A stretch of 64,000 nucleotides of DNA from Sedimentisphaerales bacterium (GTDB taxonomy: Bacteria > Planctomycetota > Phycisphaerae > Sedimentisphaerales > Anaerobacaceae): assembly GCA_963708075.1 (NCBI GenBank), contig OY970194.1, forward strand, positions 1,024,001-1,088,000. The letters run 5' to 3'. The notes under the pieces were generated by a model. The model searched no databases. It was not told where the DNA came from and was given only the letters and a program-made list of their open reading frames with translations. A program made the translations under genes and the position numbers. Below, piece after piece: positions 42,986 to 53,563 of the stretch (positions within the stretch are counted from its first letter, which is position 1; every line of letters begins with the position of its first letter).

Positions 42986-44437
42986 ATGAAGGTGTTGTGC
43001 ACAGCACTATATTGTTCGCTGATTCCGCTCTGTCTGACACAAATCACAAGGGGGCAAAAGATGGATGGGGGTTACGTTCGCGTGAGTCCGCGGGACCCGC
43101 GATACTTCGAGTTATCTGACGGCCGGCCGTATATCCCAATCGGGCTGAACATGATCGCCCCGCCCGGCGGCGACGAAAAGGCCGCCCTTGCCCGGATGGA
43201 CGAGTGGATGCGCAAGCTCTCCGACAATGGCGGCAACTTCATCCGCATCTGGCTGAGTAACGGTTTCTTCGACGTGGAGCATGCGAAAAGCGGCGTGTAC
43301 GACAGCGCTAAGGCCACACGCATCCGGGCGGTCCTGGCGATGGCCCGCCGGCATGATATTCGCGTGAAGATGACCCTGGAGCACTTCCGCCACCTCGGTG
43401 ATGGCAAGCAGTCGTGGGCGTCCAAACCCATCCATCACGCATCCCAGGGCGGCCCGGCCAAGGACATTGTCGATTTCTTTGCTGGTTCCGCCTTGCGCGA
43501 GCAGTTCAAGACGAAGCTGGACTGGTACGTGAAGTGGTGCGGCGACGATCCGACGATTTTCGCGTGGGAACTCTGGAATGAGTTCGACGCGGTGCAGGAG
43601 ATGTGGAAGCCCGAAATGTGGCAGCAGGGCGGTGTCGCGCTGAGTTGGACGCAGGAGATGCTGGACGCTCTGCATCAGCGATTCCAGAAGAATCTGGCCA
43701 TCCAGAGTCTCGGCAGCTTCGACAGCGAGCGCAAGACGGAGACGTACCGGACCTTCTGTCTGATCCCAAATAATGACATCGCGCAGGTGCACCGCTATCT
43801 TGATTTGGGAGCGTCGCTTGAGGTCTGCCACGGCCCGGTGGACGTCCTGGCGGCGGATGCCGTGACGACCCTGATCCAGTTCAATTCGGGCAAGCCCGTC
43901 CTGCTGGCCGAAAGCGGGGCGGTCGAGCCGAGCCACAGCGGTCCGTTCAAACTCTACGAGCGGGACAAGGCCGGCATTATCCTGCACGATGTGCTGTTCG
44001 CGCCGTTCTTCGCCGGTGCGGCCGGGCCGGGCCATTGCTGGCACTGGGACAATTACGTGGCGAAGAATGATCTTTGGTGGCAGTTCGGCCGTTTCGCCCA
44101 AGCCGTGAAGGACATCGACCCACCCGCCGAGCACTTCCGGGTGATTCGCATCGAGCACCCTCGCCTGCGTATCTACGCCCTGGCGGGCCGGCACACGTTC
44201 CTCGCCTGGTGCCGTGATACGCAGAATACATGGAAGACCGAACTGGCCGAAAGCAAAGAGCCCGAACGCCTGACGGGCCAGACAATCCGCCTGCCCGCTG
44301 AGCTTACGTCGCAGGGCCCCACGCATATCCGCATCTACGATCCATGGTCTGACACCTGGTCCGAGGGCAAGATCGACGGCGGCCAACTGCCGCTGCCGTC
44401 ATTTGCTCGCTCCATCATCGTTCGTGTAGGCCAATAG
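42986..44437 (+). CDS. Secreted GH5-like glycoside hydrolase
   Basis: PIGLN, GGNFIRIWL, AWELWNE, LLAESG; C-terminal beta-sandwich. Confidence 0.8.
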   Translation: MKVLCTALYCSLIPLCLTQITRGQKMDGGYVRVSPRDPRYFELSDGRPYIPIGLNMIAPPGGDEKAALARMDEWMRKLSDNGGNFIRIWLSNGFFDVEHAKSGVYDSAKATRIRAVLAMARRHDIRVKMTLEHFRHLGDGKQSWASKPIHHASQGGPAKDIVDFFAGSALREQFKTKLDWYVKWCGDDPTIFAWELWNEFDAVQEMWKPEMWQQGGVALSWTQEMLDALHQRFQKNLAIQSLGSFDSERKTETYRTFCLIPNNDIAQVHRYLDLGASLEVCHGPVDVLAADAVTTLIQFNSGKPVLLAESGAVEPSHSGPFKLYERDKAGIILHDVLFAPFFAGAAGPGHCWHWDNYVAKNDLWWQFGRFAQAVKDIDPPAEHFRVIRIEHPRLRIYALAGRHTFLAWCRDTQNTWKTELAESKEPERLTGQTIRLPAELTSQGPTHIRIYDPWSDTWSEGKIDGGQLPLPSFARSIIVRVGQ

Positions 44438-44455
44438 CATGCAGCCAGTATGGCC

Positions 44456-45460
44456 TTATGTGGCCCGAATTCCCTCAATGATGTTGACTTCATGCGCGGT
44501 GGGGATGATGCGGCTCAGCGTTAGCCCCGCCTGGGAGAACAGCCGCCGGTATTGTTCTTCCGTTCGCTCACGGCCATTGACGAGCAGCATCATCAGGTCC
44601 AGCCATTTGCCGAAACAGGGCTCGTTTAAGGGCGGAATCACCGTCTCAACCACGAGGATTCTACCGTCAGGATTCATTGCGTCCCGGCAGTTATGCAGGA
44701 TGGAGGTCGCCTCCGCATCCTCCCAATCATGAATAATGTGTCGCAGGACATAGGCATCGGCGGCCGGCACTGATGCAAAGAAATCGCCTCCCACAATCTG
44801 ACAACGCCGGGACAGGCCCAGTTCCGAGATGATGGCTCGGGAACGGTCCACAACGGCCGGCAGGTCGAACAAGATCCCCTCGACGCTTGGGTGCCGGTTG
44901 AGGATCGCCGCAAGCATGCGACCGTTGCCTCCACCGATATCGACGACGGTTCCAAAGGCAGAGAAGTCGCAGGCGTCCAGCATCGGCTCGGTCTCTGCGA
45001 CACCGTGGACCATCATCGCGGCATCGTAAATGGCATGTCGGTCGGGATGCTCCGTCATATACTGGAAGAAGGGCACACCGAACCTCTCCTGGAACCCTGG
45101 TTCGCCGGTCCGAGCAGAATGCAACAGGTTCCCCCAGGACTGATAGAATTCCGCTCCCACCATGATGGCAAATGACCGCAGGGAGTCCGGGATGTCACTG
45201 CGCAGGCAGTTGGCGACCGGTGTCAGGGAGAACCGGCGGTCGGCGTCCTCGGTGAAGATGCCGACGGTGGCCAAGGCACGCAGCACGCGGTAGAGCGCAC
45301 CGCCGTGTGCATGGGTATGCTCGGCCAACTCTTCGGCCGTTCGGGGGCCGTCGGTGAGCAAGTCGGCAATCCCGAGTTCCGCTGCAACGTAAACAGCCTG
45401 GGTGATCCATCCGCCTACCATCAGCCTCGACAACTGTTGACTTGATTGTACATCGGTCAT
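44456..45460 (-). CDS. SAM-dependent O-methyltransferase (dimerisation domain + Methyltransf_2)
   Basis: AAELGIADLL, VDIGGGNG, FDLP, GDFF, LRHIIHDW, GRERT. Confidence 0.92.
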   Translation of the reverse strand: MTDVQSSQQLSRLMVGGWITQAVYVAAELGIADLLTDGPRTAEELAEHTHAHGGALYRVLRALATVGIFTEDADRRFSLTPVANCLRSDIPDSLRSFAIMVGAEFYQSWGNLLHSARTGEPGFQERFGVPFFQYMTEHPDRHAIYDAAMMVHGVAETEPMLDACDFSAFGTVVDIGGGNGRMLAAILNRHPSVEGILFDLPAVVDRSRAIISELGLSRRCQIVGGDFFASVPAADAYVLRHIIHDWEDAEATSILHNCRDAMNPDGRILVVETVIPPLNEPCFGKWLDLMMLLVNGRERTEEQYRRLFSQAGLTLSRIIPTAHEVNIIEGIRAT

Positions 45461-45824
45461 GATCGCTCCTTTCTCTTGTGTCAGTACGCCAGTCGTTTGG
45501 TCTCTCGTTCTCAATTCAGCCGTAACAGGCCTGTCAGGCTATTCCCATGATACGAAGCGCCGGCAGCAAAGATCAGTATATCTATGGGATTCATAGGAAT
45601 ATGGCCGGAATCAAAGACCTGCCATATTCTCTCCCAAAGCTCGGTCTGGGGCATCGGGGAAGTGAATCTACTGTCCTGTCTCGGCCGAAGCCAATCTACA
45701 GACAATGGCGGTGCCTCCCTTATCGTCTTGCCAGATGAGGGAGACTGGTGTATCCTTAGGGCAGGATGTCTGAATGCAGACGCGGAATGGATAACAGCCT
45801 GCATGGAGCAGCAGATAGGGATAT

Positions 45825-46313
45825 ATGGGCGATTGGGAAATCAAAAGGCCGCTGGGCGAGTGTTGCGGCAGCGGGAACAGGATTGAAAGCGGGCAGGAAT
45901 ACTACGGGGCCCTCATCGAGACCGAGCAGGGCCTGGAACGGCGGGATTTCAGCGCGGAGTACTGGGAAAACAGCAAGCCGAGTGTGTTCTGCTTCTGGAA
46001 AACGAAGCTCGCGGCTGCGGATCAGAAGAAGGAGCTTTTCATCGACGACGGGATGCTGATGGCCTTCTTCGAGCGGCTGGCGACGGAGACCGATCCGGAC
46101 AAGATCAACTTCCGGTTCGTGCTGGCCCTGGTGCTCATGCGGAAACGCCGCCTGAAATACGACGCCACGAAAGTCGTGGACGGTCAGGAAGTCTGGTGCC
46201 TGCGCGTGACGGGCGACAAGGAGATTGTCGAAGTGGTCAACCCCCACCTGGACGAGGGGCAGATCGAGCAGCTTTCGTCGCAAATCGGACAAATTCTGCA
46301 AATGGACTTGTAG
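45825..46313 (+). CDS. Conserved hypothetical protein (planctomycete type)
   Basis: Intact ORF with RBS; RRDFS..W, F.FWKT and RFVLALVLMRKRRLK pattern. Confidence 0.75.
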   Translation: MGDWEIKRPLGECCGSGNRIESGQEYYGALIETEQGLERRDFSAEYWENSKPSVFCFWKTKLAAADQKKELFIDDGMLMAFFERLATETDPDKINFRFVLALVLMRKRRLKYDATKVVDGQEVWCLRVTGDKEIVEVVNPHLDEGQIEQLSSQIGQILQMDL

Positions 46314-46316
46314 ATC

Positions 46317-47189
46317 GTGAGATTCAGGGCTATTGCCAACTCGTGCCTGTTCGTTGCGTTCGCGGCCGCGATATTCATCGGCGGCTGTGCCGCTCCGGGC
46401 CGGCCTCGACTGCCTGTCTGCCCGGGCAAGGCGAATGTAGACGAGGCGCTGGCGGCTTTGGCTGCTCAGGCGCAGCAGGCGGTTTCGTTCCGCGCCAATG
46501 GCCAGACTCTACTGAAGTACTACGAGCCGGACAGCAAGAATGAAAAGCAGCACAACCTGCCCATGACGCTCTGGTTCAACCCGCCCTGGGAGACGTACAT
46601 CCAGGGCAGTATCGCGGCCGACCCGAAAGCGGTGATCATTGGCTCGAATAAAGAGAACTTCTGGCTGGCGCTGCGGCCGAAGGAGATGAGCAGTTACTAC
46701 ATCGGCGAGTGGGCCGAGGCTCGTACTGTCGAGGGCTTGATGATGAGCCCCATGGTTGTGCTGGAAGCCTTCGGGATTATTACGGACAATGAGTCGAACG
46801 AGGGCGGCTGGTCGTTGAAGAATGAAGGGGCGTTCGACATTCTCACCAAGCGGAACGAAGCCGGCCGGCTGGTCAAACGCGTGCACGTGTATGCCTGCGA
46901 TTACCTGGTTCACAAGATCGAGTACTTCGACGATCGCCAGAAGGTCGTTGCTGTGGCCGAGCTCGGTGAATACAAGCCTGTGGCCGAGAGCTTTCGCGTG
47001 CCGACGCGGGTGAGAGTTACGGCGATCGGGCCCACGAAGCGTCAAGACTCGATCAATATCGCCCTGACCTCCATGAACGAGAGGAAACCCAACGAGCAAC
47101 AGAGGAGGGTGTTCTTCAATCCGCCTGATTCCGACAAGTTTGAGCACGTGTACATGCTGATTGATGGCAAGTGGATTCGTCAACAATAG
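46317..47189 (+). CDS. Lipoprotein, possibly LolA/LolB-like fold
   Basis: Lipobox IGGC; IGSN..FW motif; beta-rich; 3 nt downstream of the previous gene. Confidence 0.6.
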   Translation: MRFRAIANSCLFVAFAAAIFIGGCAAPGRPRLPVCPGKANVDEALAALAAQAQQAVSFRANGQTLLKYYEPDSKNEKQHNLPMTLWFNPPWETYIQGSIAADPKAVIIGSNKENFWLALRPKEMSSYYIGEWAEARTVEGLMMSPMVVLEAFGIITDNESNEGGWSLKNEGAFDILTKRNEAGRLVKRVHVYACDYLVHKIEYFDDRQKVVAVAELGEYKPVAESFRVPTRVRVTAIGPTKRQDSINIALTSMNERKPNEQQRRVFFNPPDSDKFEHVYMLIDGKWIRQQ

Positions 47190-47237
47190 GGCGGCGGCGC
47201 TGCCTGCCCTCCAATTCATTCTGACCGCGAGTGAGAC

Positions 47238-48149
47238 ATGAGCAGACCAAAACTGACAGAGAGAATCAGACAAGGCGTATTCCTGCTGGATGGGGCGATG
47301 GGGACGCAGCTCTTTGCCCGCGGGGTCGAGCCCGGCTCGTGCAATGACTTGCTCAACGTGAAGTCGCCCGATATCGTGCTGGACATCCATCGCGCCTACT
47401 TCAAGGCAGGCAGTGACGCAGTGCTCACGAATACGTTCGGCGCCAACCGCTACGCCCTGGCCCGACACGGCTGCGCCGATAGAACGTTGGAGATCAACAA
47501 GGCCGGGGCCGAGGTGGCGCGAAGGGCGGCGGGCGAGGACTGCTACGTGCTCGGTGACATCGGTCCGACCGGCGATTTCCTCGAGCCTCTCGGGAGCCTT
47601 CGGGCCGAGCAGGTCAAGGATGCCTTTACCGAACAGGTGAACGGCCTGCGGCAGGGCGGCGTCGACGGACTCATCATCGAGACAATGACCGCGCTGGACG
47701 AGCTTGAGATCGCGATCACCGCGGCCAGGACCGCCGGCGGCGGCCTGCCTGTCTTCGCCTCGATGTCCTTCGACAAAGGCGCCGCGGGATTTCGCACGAT
47801 GATGGGCGTGGACGTTCCGACAGCCATATCGAAGATGCTCTCCCTCGGAGTCGGCGCCGTCGGATTCAACTGCGGCACGGGAACTCTCGACGACTATGTC
47901 GAGCTGTCGAAGGCCTTCGTGGCCGGTGTGCGGTCCTGCGGGAAGAAAACGCCCGTGTTCGCCGAGCCGAACGCCGGCAAGCCCGCGCTGGTGGATGGAC
48001 AAGCTGTCTATCTGGTGATGCCCGATGAATTCACAGCCGCGTGCAGGCGAATCCTCGACGCAGGCATCCGCATTCTCGGCGGTTGTTGCGGCACAGGCCC
48101 CCAGCACATCCTCGCCATGGCCCAGACCCTCAAGCATCAAGCCGGCTGA
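47238..48149 (+). CDS. Homocysteine S-methyltransferase family protein (stand-alone MetH N-terminal domain)
   Basis: LLDGAMGT, TNTFGAN, IIETM, GFNCG, PNAG and GGCCGT zinc ligands. Confidence 0.92.
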   Translation: MSRPKLTERIRQGVFLLDGAMGTQLFARGVEPGSCNDLLNVKSPDIVLDIHRAYFKAGSDAVLTNTFGANRYALARHGCADRTLEINKAGAEVARRAAGEDCYVLGDIGPTGDFLEPLGSLRAEQVKDAFTEQVNGLRQGGVDGLIIETMTALDELEIAITAARTAGGGLPVFASMSFDKGAAGFRTMMGVDVPTAISKMLSLGVGAVGFNCGTGTLDDYVELSKAFVAGVRSCGKKTPVFAEPNAGKPALVDGQAVYLVMPDEFTAACRRILDAGIRILGGCCGTGPQHILAMAQTLKHQAG

Positions 48150-48257
48150 CAGGCAAGCCAATCCCTTCCATGAGGAAACGCCTTTTCCTGTACGACCCAC
48201 TTCTCAGGCTCGGCGTACTGCTACTGTATGAAGTTCAAAGATTCATGAGGTTGCAGT

Positions 48258-49124
48258 ATGAATAAGTGTACAAAAGAACGTTCTCCAGACGGCAGCTCTG
48301 AGAAATTGAGACACGGAGCAATGAGTCTATTGAACATGTTATCGCCGGCCGCGTCGAGAATGCCGGCTTCCGCGCCGACGTCTCTCCTGGAGCGCCACCT
48401 GTGCTTTTGCCGAAGGACCAAATCCGTCGGGATCGACCGCGGCCTTTTCATCTGCATCATACACTCGCAAAAGCCGCAGGCGGGGGAAATCGACCCGTGG
48501 CCGGCGACTGAACTTGAAGTCTGCAGAGCCCTCCGTTGGTCCGAGGAACGCCTTCTCCAGACGTGTATTGAATACGTCAAAGCAAACCATTCTCGTGCCG
48601 GCGAAGCCGATCATCTCTTGTGCAGAATTCTGAATGAGTGTGAGCAGCGCCTCGGCCAGCCCCTTTCCGCCCATCCGTTTATAGACAGCGCGGAAGAGGT
48701 TCTGAGCCGGGAGGCTTTGGTGAAGAGCCTGACCTCCACAGACAAGCCTGAGGCGGCGATCTCCGTCTTGCGGGACAAATACGGCCTGGGCGATACGGTC
48801 ATATCCGGCAAGGCAGGGGACGTTCTCGGAGAGATCAAACGCCTGCTTCGTCCCGTCCTCGCCGGGCTGGCGCGGCATCCGAAGTTCCTGTATTTCGAGG
48901 TTGACAATGAGCCGTGGGATGCTCGTCAGAAGACGCAGGGAATAAGCTCCTGGCTGGATTATACGGTCATCCATGCCCGCTTTGCACAGCCGCAGAAGTC
49001 GATCACTTTCTGCGTCTTCTGCCATAGCCGTCCGCACGATACCGAGGACACATATTACATCCTGGCGACGCACCATCCGAAGCTTATCGACTACCTGCGC
49101 AGCCACGTGAAAGAAGCCGGATAG
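48258..49124 (+). CDS. Hypothetical protein
   Basis: 288-aa ORF filling the intergenic space; no recognised motif; start uncertain (48258 or 48321). Confidence 0.55.
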   Translation: MNKCTKERSPDGSSEKLRHGAMSLLNMLSPAASRMPASAPTSLLERHLCFCRRTKSVGIDRGLFICIIHSQKPQAGEIDPWPATELEVCRALRWSEERLLQTCIEYVKANHSRAGEADHLLCRILNECEQRLGQPLSAHPFIDSAEEVLSREALVKSLTSTDKPEAAISVLRDKYGLGDTVISGKAGDVLGEIKRLLRPVLAGLARHPKFLYFEVDNEPWDARQKTQGISSWLDYTVIHARFAQPQKSITFCVFCHSRPHDTEDTYYILATHHPKLIDYLRSHVKEAG

Positions 49125-49231
49125 CGTACTCGCATCTGCGCTTCGGCCTTTGATTTCCGGTTGAGTGGCCGCTATGATGAGAACACTATGCGCTGTGGGT
49201 CGGTACGGCTTGTCTTATGGAAGGGGAGCAA

Positions 49232-50719
49232 ATGGTGCGACATTGCGGCAAGTATCTTGCGATTGGACTGATGCTGACGGCGATGGCTTCTGCGGCAAAC
49301 GATAGTGCACCGCCCATCCGTCTTTATCCGAAGAACCCGCGGTACTTCGAATGGCGGGGCAAGGCAATCGCCCTGATCACCAGCGCAGAGCACTACGGCG
49401 CGGTGCTGAACCTGGACTTCGACTGGCCTCGGTACCTTGAAACGCTGCATCGCGACGGCATGAATTACACGCGTATCTTCTCCGGCAGCTACGTCGAGCC
49501 GGTAGGGGCGTTCGGCATTCAGCGCAACACTCTCGCGCCTGCCTCCGGCCGATTCATCGCCCCATGGGCTCACAGCAACGAACCCGGTTATGCGGGCGGA
49601 GGCAATAAGTTCGATCTCGATCGGTTCAGCTCGGAGTATCTTGCCCGTCTGAAGGAATTCCTCGCGGAGGCGGGGCAAAAGGGCATCGCCGTCGAACTGA
49701 CGCTCTTCTGCTCCACCTACAGCGACAGGCAATGGGCCGTACACCCGTTCAATCCGCAGAACAACATCCAGGCCCTTGCCGTGCAGGACTGGAGGAAGCT
49801 CCACACGCTCGACAACGGTCCGGCCATGGCGTACCAGGAGAAACTCGTTCGCTGGCTCGTGCGCGAATTGAACGGCTTCGACAATCTCTTCTTCGAGATC
49901 CAGAACGAGCCCTGGGCCGACAACCATGTGATGGGCGACATCATCAACCCGTATCTCACCGACAGGCGCCAGTTCCCCAACGCTGTGGAGGTAACGACGG
50001 CGCACTCGGTCGCATGGCAGGCCGCTATCGCGAAGATCATTACCGATGAAGAGTCGCGTCTACCGCACAAGCACCTGATCGCGCAGAACATCGCGAACTT
50101 CCGCCTGCCCGTACGGCCGGACGACCTCGCGCCGAACGTCAGCATCGTCAATTTCCACTATGCCTATCCCGAGGCCGCGATCTGGAACCTCGCGATGCCG
50201 AAAGTCATTGGATACGACGAGTCCGGGTTTGCCGGCCGGGCCGATGCCACCTACCGCCGACAGGCCTGGAACTTCCTGCTCAGCGGAGGCGGCTTGTTCA
50301 ACAGCCTCGATTACAGCTTCACAGTCAGCCATGAGGATGGCACCGACGTCACGAACCAGGCCCCCGGCGGTGGCAGCCCGACCCTGCGCAAGCAACTCAA
50401 GGTCCTCAGCGATTTCCTCCATTCCTTCGACTTGGCGGCGTTTCAGCCGGACCGAGACTTCGTCAAGGCCAGTCCCGGCGTCGTAACCCGCGTCCTCAGT
50501 GCCCCCGGCGAGGCCTACGCCCTGTATATGGAAGGCCGCTCCCCGACCACCCTGACGCTGACTCTCCCTCCCGGCCAATGGCAGGCCGACTGGCTCAACC
50601 CCGAGGACGGTGCCGTCCTGAAACACGAGGACGTAGACCATCCCACCGGCCTCCGATCCCTCGAAAGCCCCTCCTTCACCGAATCCATCGCCCTGCGCAT
50701 CACGCGAAAACCTGGTTGA
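49232..50719 (+). CDS. Secreted GH5-like TIM-barrel protein with C-terminal collagen-binding-like domain
   Basis: Signal peptide; ITSAEHYGAVLN, FEIQNEP, GYDESGF, W..P..G. Confidence 0.75.
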   Translation: MVRHCGKYLAIGLMLTAMASAANDSAPPIRLYPKNPRYFEWRGKAIALITSAEHYGAVLNLDFDWPRYLETLHRDGMNYTRIFSGSYVEPVGAFGIQRNTLAPASGRFIAPWAHSNEPGYAGGGNKFDLDRFSSEYLARLKEFLAEAGQKGIAVELTLFCSTYSDRQWAVHPFNPQNNIQALAVQDWRKLHTLDNGPAMAYQEKLVRWLVRELNGFDNLFFEIQNEPWADNHVMGDIINPYLTDRRQFPNAVEVTTAHSVAWQAAIAKIITDEESRLPHKHLIAQNIANFRLPVRPDDLAPNVSIVNFHYAYPEAAIWNLAMPKVIGYDESGFAGRADATYRRQAWNFLLSGGGLFNSLDYSFTVSHEDGTDVTNQAPGGGSPTLRKQLKVLSDFLHSFDLAAFQPDRDFVKASPGVVTRVLSAPGEAYALYMEGRSPTTLTLTLPPGQWQADWLNPEDGAVLKHEDVDHPTGLRSLESPSFTESIALRITRKPG

Positions 50720-50894
50720 CACCGATTACGTGTGCGCTCTTCGCGGCGCATCGTCAAATTCTGGGTGGCAGCGGCAAGCGCGAGCTTGCCGATGGTTTGA
50801 CCATTCGCCATCGGCAAAGCTTTGGTTTTGCGGATGCTGCCCGGACATACGAAAGCCCTGGCTACGATTGATGTGCGATCATCGTCTATAGCCG

Positions 50895-52115
50895 TCAAGC
50901 AGATGGAAGAGGCTGCGGTGCCGGCATCGGCTGCACGCGGCGGGTAGCTCTCATGCCGAACAAGACACGGAATATGTTCACTCGGCGGATGAGTAGCTCG
51001 TAGATCGCCATAATCACGGCAAAGGAACTGGTGGCGATGATCAGGTACTCCAACCACAAGTGGGTGTGGAGGCGGATCACGTAGAAGCCGATGGAGAGGA
51101 TCACCATCTGGTGCAGGATATAGAAGGGCAGAACTGCCTCATTGGCATACTTCAGGAAGCCGTTACTGAATCGAAGGTATCGGCCGGCGAAGCCGCAGAT
51201 GGCGACCAGCCACGACCAGCAGAGAATACCGCGAACAAAGGACATGAGCAGCTCGCGGGGCAACGGGGACCATTGCTCACTCGCTTTGTACGCGAAGTAG
51301 GCGATGACGAAGGAAACGGTGCCTGCCAGGAGTGCAGGGACGCGATGGCGTTCCATTGCTTCAGCAAGCCTCTCGTCAGTCGCCAACACATAGCCGATGA
51401 TGAGCAGGGTGAGGTAGGGCAGGGCGCTCCAGCCGCCGAAGCCCTCGTTGCCAAAGACGGTGTCGTTGATCGGCGGCAACTCGGCGACAAACTCTGCGAC
51501 GCCAATCGCAAGAGCCGGCAGGAATATCGCCCAGGGTCTGCCGAGAAAGCGGGTCAACGAGCCGACCCTGCGGCTGCCCGAAGGGGACCGCAGGTACAGA
51601 AACAGCGGCAGGGTGATGATGGAGAATACGAACAGGAACTCAAGATACCACAGGTGGATTCCCATCCAGGCGAAGTTGCCGCCTTCCTGAATGCCGTACC
51701 AGCCCTCGAAGTAGTGCGGATAGAAGCTCCAGAACGAGCCCTCGAATTGCTTATTGCTGATGCGCTCCAGATAGACCTGCAGGGGCGCGATGATCACGAA
51801 GATGCCGAACAGCAGTGGCACGAGAAGCCGCTTGACTCGCGAGACAAGGTAGTGCGGCCATCTCTGATGCGCCAGAGCGTGGTAGATTCCGATCCCCGAC
51901 AGGATGAAGAACAGCGGCATCATCCACTGCACGGCGAGAATGGTGAACAGCATGGATGCCTCGCTGGTCTCAGGACTTTTGACGTGCCAGCCGTCCGTGT
52001 CGAAGAACCGGTTGTTGTGAAACAGAAACACCGTCATCATGCCCAGGACTCTGAGCCAGTCCACGTCATACCGCCGCGAGAGATCAGTGTGAGGAGCATT
52101 CTGTCCCAATGCCAT
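50895..52115 (-). CDS. Acyltransferase 3 family (OpgC/MdoC-like) membrane protein
   Basis: RRYDVDWLR, MPLFFILSG, R.KRLLVP, HLWYL, PFYILHQ. Confidence 0.9.
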   Translation of the reverse strand: MALGQNAPHTDLSRRYDVDWLRVLGMMTVFLFHNNRFFDTDGWHVKSPETSEASMLFTILAVQWMMPLFFILSGIGIYHALAHQRWPHYLVSRVKRLLVPLLFGIFVIIAPLQVYLERISNKQFEGSFWSFYPHYFEGWYGIQEGGNFAWMGIHLWYLEFLFVFSIITLPLFLYLRSPSGSRRVGSLTRFLGRPWAIFLPALAIGVAEFVAELPPINDTVFGNEGFGGWSALPYLTLLIIGYVLATDERLAEAMERHRVPALLAGTVSFVIAYFAYKASEQWSPLPRELLMSFVRGILCWSWLVAICGFAGRYLRFSNGFLKYANEAVLPFYILHQMVILSIGFYVIRLHTHLWLEYLIIATSSFAVIMAIYELLIRRVNIFRVLFGMRATRRVQPMPAPQPLPSA

Positions 52116-52150
52116 GATTTCGCCCATCCCTGTCGCGAGCCGCCGGCCCG

Positions 52151-53452
52151 CTATCGTGCATGGAGCAACTTGCCGAGAGCTTCCATGGTTCTCGCTGTTG
52201 CTCCTTGGTTCTGCTTGATGACCGCCTGCCCCGCCCGGGCTATCTTCCCGGCGTATTCCGGCTCGGACAGGCACTTCTTCATATTCGCCAGCAGGTCCTC
52301 TTTGTCCGCCACCTGGATGGCGCCGCCGCCCTCGAGCAGGGCCTCCACCGTCTGGCGGAAGTTGAAGGCGTGAGGTCCGAACATTGTGCACTTGCCGAGC
52401 GCCGCTGCCTCCATCATGTCCGAGCCGCCCATCGGAACGAGCGAGCGGCCCACGAGGATCACGGTCGCAAGTGAATAGAATTTCCGCAGGTCCCCCATCG
52501 TGTCGCCGAGGATCACGGGCTTGCCATTCACCGCGGCCGGACCGGCGGAGTTCTTCAACTGACTGTAGCGGACAAGAGGCAATCCCGCCTGCTCGATCAG
52601 TTGCGCCACTTCGTTGAATCGCTCGGGCTTTCGCGGCACGATGGCCAGACGGACGTCCCTGAATCGCCCCTCCTGCATCAGCGATCTGTACACATCAAGG
52701 ACGATCTTCTCTTCCTCATCCCCCGTGCCTCCCGCCACCCACAGTCGCTCCTTGCCGAGACTGAGCTTCCGGGCCAGCGCATCCGCACCCTCCACAGCGT
52801 CCGCCACCTGGGCCGTGTCATACTTCAATGAGCTGGTCACGATCACGCGATCAGCGGGGCAGCCCAGTTCCCGAAATCGCTCCGCGTACTCCTGCGTCTG
52901 AGCCAGGACAAGATCGAGCTTGCCGAAGAACCGGCGGGTGAGGCCCTTGATCCTGCGGTATCGAGAGAAACTCCTGTCGCTGATTCGCCCGTTAAGAACC
53001 AGTACCGGCACGCGTTGCTCGCGGGCGGTGAAGATGAAATTGGGCCAAACCTCCAACTCCATCAGCAGGCAGATGGAGGGGTTCAGCCGTCGAAACGCCC
53101 GCCGTGTGACCCACGAGAAGTCAAAGGGGAAATAGAAGACCGTCCGTGTCTGGCCGAAGAGCTTCTCGGCCCGGGTGAATCCGGTATCCGTCGTCGTGCT
53201 GATCACGATCTCGAAATTGCCAAACTGTCTCTCGATCTCAGCAACGAGGGTCTGGGCGGCGTTGACCTCCCCGACACTGACGGCATGCAGCCAGATACAC
53301 TCTCTCTCCGGACTCTTGCGACGGATCCTGCCGAATCGTTCCGCCCAGCCGCCGCGGTATCGTTTATGCCGCACCATCCGGTAGAGAACCACGGGACTGA
53401 ATGCCAGCCCTGCAAACACATACAACAAATCAACAATGAACCTCATAGCCAT
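52151..53452 (-). CDS. waaA: 3-deoxy-D-manno-octulosonic acid (Kdo) transferase
   Basis: IWLHAVSVGE, STTTDTG, ELEVWPN, NGRIS.RS, LKYD, PRKPERF, DTMGDL. Confidence 0.95.
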   Translation of the reverse strand: MAMRFIVDLLYVFAGLAFSPVVLYRMVRHKRYRGGWAERFGRIRRKSPERECIWLHAVSVGEVNAAQTLVAEIERQFGNFEIVISTTTDTGFTRAEKLFGQTRTVFYFPFDFSWVTRRAFRRLNPSICLLMELEVWPNFIFTAREQRVPVLVLNGRISDRSFSRYRRIKGLTRRFFGKLDLVLAQTQEYAERFRELGCPADRVIVTSSLKYDTAQVADAVEGADALARKLSLGKERLWVAGGTGDEEEKIVLDVYRSLMQEGRFRDVRLAIVPRKPERFNEVAQLIEQAGLPLVRYSQLKNSAGPAAVNGKPVILGDTMGDLRKFYSLATVILVGRSLVPMGGSDMMEAAALGKCTMFGPHAFNFRQTVEALLEGGGAIQVADKEDLLANMKKCLSEPEYAGKIARAGQAVIKQNQGATARTMEALGKLLHAR

Positions 53453-53487
53453 CCTGCATCGGTTAGGTACTGCGGGTTAATGCCGGC

Positions 53488-53516
53488 ATGATAGTCCCAT
53501 CAGCCGGTAGTGTCAA
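53488..53516 (-). promoter_or_regulatory. Sigma70 promoter of waaA
   Basis: TTGACA-17 nt-TATCAT on the minus strand, ~35 nt upstream of the start. Confidence 0.7.
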
Positions 53517-53563
53517 ATGCGGCGGGAAGCTCATATCGGTGGATGGTGCCCAACCAACACGAT

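Noticed and set aside
45560..45800. Riboswitch between the divergent O-methyltransferase and hypothetical genes
   Set aside because: Only one hairpin (45715-45743) and a short AATCTAC repeat; no aptamer consensus or nested structure.
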